Origin: Iphione sp. A-MEVVRFRX5
Lineage: Eukaryota
Direction: 5' to 3'
DNA length: 64,000 nucleotides
NCBI GenBank assembly: GCA_976226885.1
Contig: OZ320316.1
Location: 62,248,001-62,312,000, forward strand
The position numbers and the translations under genes are program-made. The notes under the pieces are model-generated. The model worked only from the letters and a program-made list of their open reading frames with translations, was not told the origin of the DNA and did no database searches. This document shows, in pieces, positions 61,850 through 64,000 of this stretch. Every line of letters starts with the position of its first letter. Positions within the stretch are counted from its first letter, which is position 1.

Positions 61850-62027
61850 CTTTGGTTTGAGAATGTTTAGCTTACGAAGTAACCGTTCAACACCAAGCGC
61901 AATCAATCCGACAAAGAGGCCTCCAATGAGCACGAAAAACATGCCCGCCGCGTTCTCTAGTGTGAGTTCACTCGTTTCATCTGTAGTTGGTTTGGAATAA
62001 TCCTCACATATAGTATCTCCCCAGTAC
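61850..62027 (-). CDS. iGluR M4 exon (KYWGDTICEDYSKPTTDETSELTLENAAGMFFVLIGGLFVGLIALGVERLLRKLNILKPK)
   Basis: Acceptor cgttctag, donor AAG|gtatgc; L-x-L-x-N-x-A-G-x-F-x-x-L-x-G-G M4 signature. Confidence 0.92.
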
Positions 62028-62360
62028 CTAGAACGTTTATAAAACAGCATGAACGATCATATCCATGCATACACAATAGTTTTCTGGTTAGTGAGTTTCG
62101 GTAACGTGAAGGATTTATTCCCGACCACGGAGAGCGAATGGAAATAATTGTGGCATTTGTGCGAAAATATTCTGGATGATCAGCTGGCCTGTGGGACGTC
62201 ATCTTAGCAAAGGTTAGAATATCTGGCCTGGGATGTTGAGGACATGAATTAAGTAAATACATACTATCTAGTGTATCTATGTACATTCTATATATGGGCC
62301 AATAGTGTGGTGTAATCCTTAATGAAAGTTAAGTACATGCAAACATAACGAATAACTTAC

Positions 62361-63190
62361 TTTTGTTCGAGCTCAGCGATTCGCCCTTGGTCGCTGAGTT
62401 CTAGGATTGTAAAGGAGAGCTTTTCCCTGAAGGTAGTGCCAGAAGCCACAGCCATACCGAAACCCTTGGGGTCGAAAGCGGGGCCGATCTGGGTGAAGCG
62501 GCAGTCTGTCGCAGCTTTGTAGGACGTGACCGTGCTGTCCCACAGAAAAGCATAATTGCCTTTCAGCACTTTTTGGAAGCCCTCCTCTGTGGTGTTGACC
62601 ATAGCATCAGGGAAGATCTCAGTCATCTGCGTCCACATCTTGTCAAAAGGGCGCACTTTGGTGTGTTTGAAGAAGGTCTCAATACCGCTGTCGCGCACAG
62701 TGCCGAATGCAATGGTTGACTGATCGGCTAGGTCTGTCACAGAGCTGATTGGCGGATTGATCTTTTTCACAGTAAGGAAGGCAGCCAAGTTGGCTGTGTA
62801 AGTCGAGATCAGGATGAGTGAGAAAAACCACCACGCCCCGGTCAACAGGCGGCCGGGGAAGGTGACCGGTGCGGACTCCGTACTACCCTGCACCAAACTC
62901 CCGAAGATAAACCAGAAGCTCTCCCTGGCATTGAGCCGGGGCATGTCAGTCCGGCATGTTGTGCTATTTTTCTCATAGACGAACAGCGCAGCGCTGATGA
63001 GACCCATGCTAACGAGTGTGAATACCCACACCAGGCCTGACAATGGCTTCATGAACTGGAAGTAGGAAGACTGCATCTCAGGCGTGCGCATCAGGACGGC
63101 GATACGGCGAGTCATGAAGGGTTTTGTGAAGTCGATGACATTTTCACGCTTCGCGTTGATGCTCAATGGCGCGAAGCTCATTTCCGCGGT
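62361..63190 (-). CDS. iGluR 830-nt exon (end of S1, M1, M2 pore loop, M3, S2)
   Basis: APLSINAKRENVIDFTKPFM, SFWFIFGSLVQG, WWFFSLILISTYTANLAAFLT and NYAFLWDS; acceptor ttttctggcag, donor AA|gtaagt. Confidence 0.96.
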
Positions 63191-63773
63191 CTGCCAGAAA
63201 AGAACATCACGGTGAATATCGTTCGAAGACTCAGCATAGAAAAAGAAATTCATATCAATGATAGGTATGTCGCCTAAAGGGTTTGCGACAGAAATGGCTG
63301 TGGCGAAGAAGTCAATACTTACAACTGTACAGCTTGGGTATTTATATAATGTCAGGATATTGTAATATAAGCCTCTTTTGATAAAAGATTAAAGATCTCT
63401 GCTCGTTGTTTTCCTTATGATGTAATGCGAATGTGTATTTTAAATTAGTCTTCCTTTCTCCCTCTTTCTTTCTGTTGAAAAAGATGGATTCTGCATAAAA
63501 TGTGCAAATATGCAAATGCTATTGAAAACGAGTGGATTCTGTATACATTGTACCTGTCTATACATATACCATACATCAGACATACATTTCATGTCGCGTT
63601 CAGTGTATTTCTAGCCCAAGATGTGGATCCCTACACTTGAATGATGGGACAGATCCCAATCTAAGATACGGTCTGGATAAAACACAAACACAATGACACG
63701 CTGACATGCTGACAGGGGTACACCGAAATTAGACCTAAAGCAAAACATATGGACTTGATTTAACATAGAATAC

Positions 63774-63974
63774 CTTATCGAGTATTTCCCTGACCATACC
63801 ATTCCACGAGCCATCCGGTTGTTCTTCCCCGAACTTTTTGTCGGGAACCTCATAGAGCTCGTATTTAAAACCAAGGCGCGAGCTGATTTCGTCCATCATG
63901 TCGACAGAAAAGCCGTAAAAACGACCGTTTCCTGTGGAACCATTCTCGGAGCGTTTCATACAAAAAGGAGATTC
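63774..63974 (-). CDS. iGluR S1 exon (ESPFCMKR...FYGFSVDMMDEI...GSWNGMVREILDK); upstream exons lie beyond the window
   Basis: Acceptor ctctcgttgtag, donor AAG|gtattc; 201 nt, phase 0/0. Confidence 0.93.
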
Positions 63975-64000
63975 CTACAACGAGAGCATATCTATACAAA

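Noticed and set aside
1-64000. REST/NRSF RE1 silencer sites, expected near neuronal receptor genes
   Set aside because: Only half-site matches (GGACAG, CTGTCC, GGTGCTGA) were seen by eye, none with the paired half-site. A PWM scan would be needed to exclude them fully.

Overview
Eukaryotic (metazoan) genomic DNA, intron-rich and carrying old repeats. The general style suggests a marine invertebrate, possibly amphioxus, but that is an inference and cannot be verified from the sequence. The window holds a three-gene neurotransmitter-receptor cluster. (A) A spliced anion-selective Cys-loop (pLGIC) subunit on + (about 5314-29799; about 469 aa, or 480 aa with a candidate 33-nt micro-exon). (B) A second, tandem paralogous anion-selective Cys-loop subunit on + (44228-58038; 432 aa, 9 exons). 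(C) The 3' part (S1-M1-M2-M3-S2-M4) of an ionotropic glutamate receptor family gene on the - strand, convergent with B and running off the window end. All exon sets were assembled by hand from GT/AG junctions and keep frame. Between A and B lies a young, nearly intact tyrosine-recombinase retrotransposon with split direct repeats (Ngaro/PAT architecture, A1-gag-RT/RH-YR-B1-A2-B2; 38004-42125). There are also several degenerate CR1/L2-type LINE fragments, a 160-bp MITE, AT-rich repeat elements with tRNA-derived cores, and microsatellites. Most notable: (1) gag and pol of the YR element are in one frame, separated only by TGA-CTAG, the canonical stop-codon readthrough context, and a strong splice acceptor sits just before the YR AUG; (2) paralogue A has the loop-A Arg and lacks the loop-B Glu, as in lophotrochozoan glutamate-gated chloride channels, while the neighbouring iGluR has a glycine-type rather than glutamate-type pocket.
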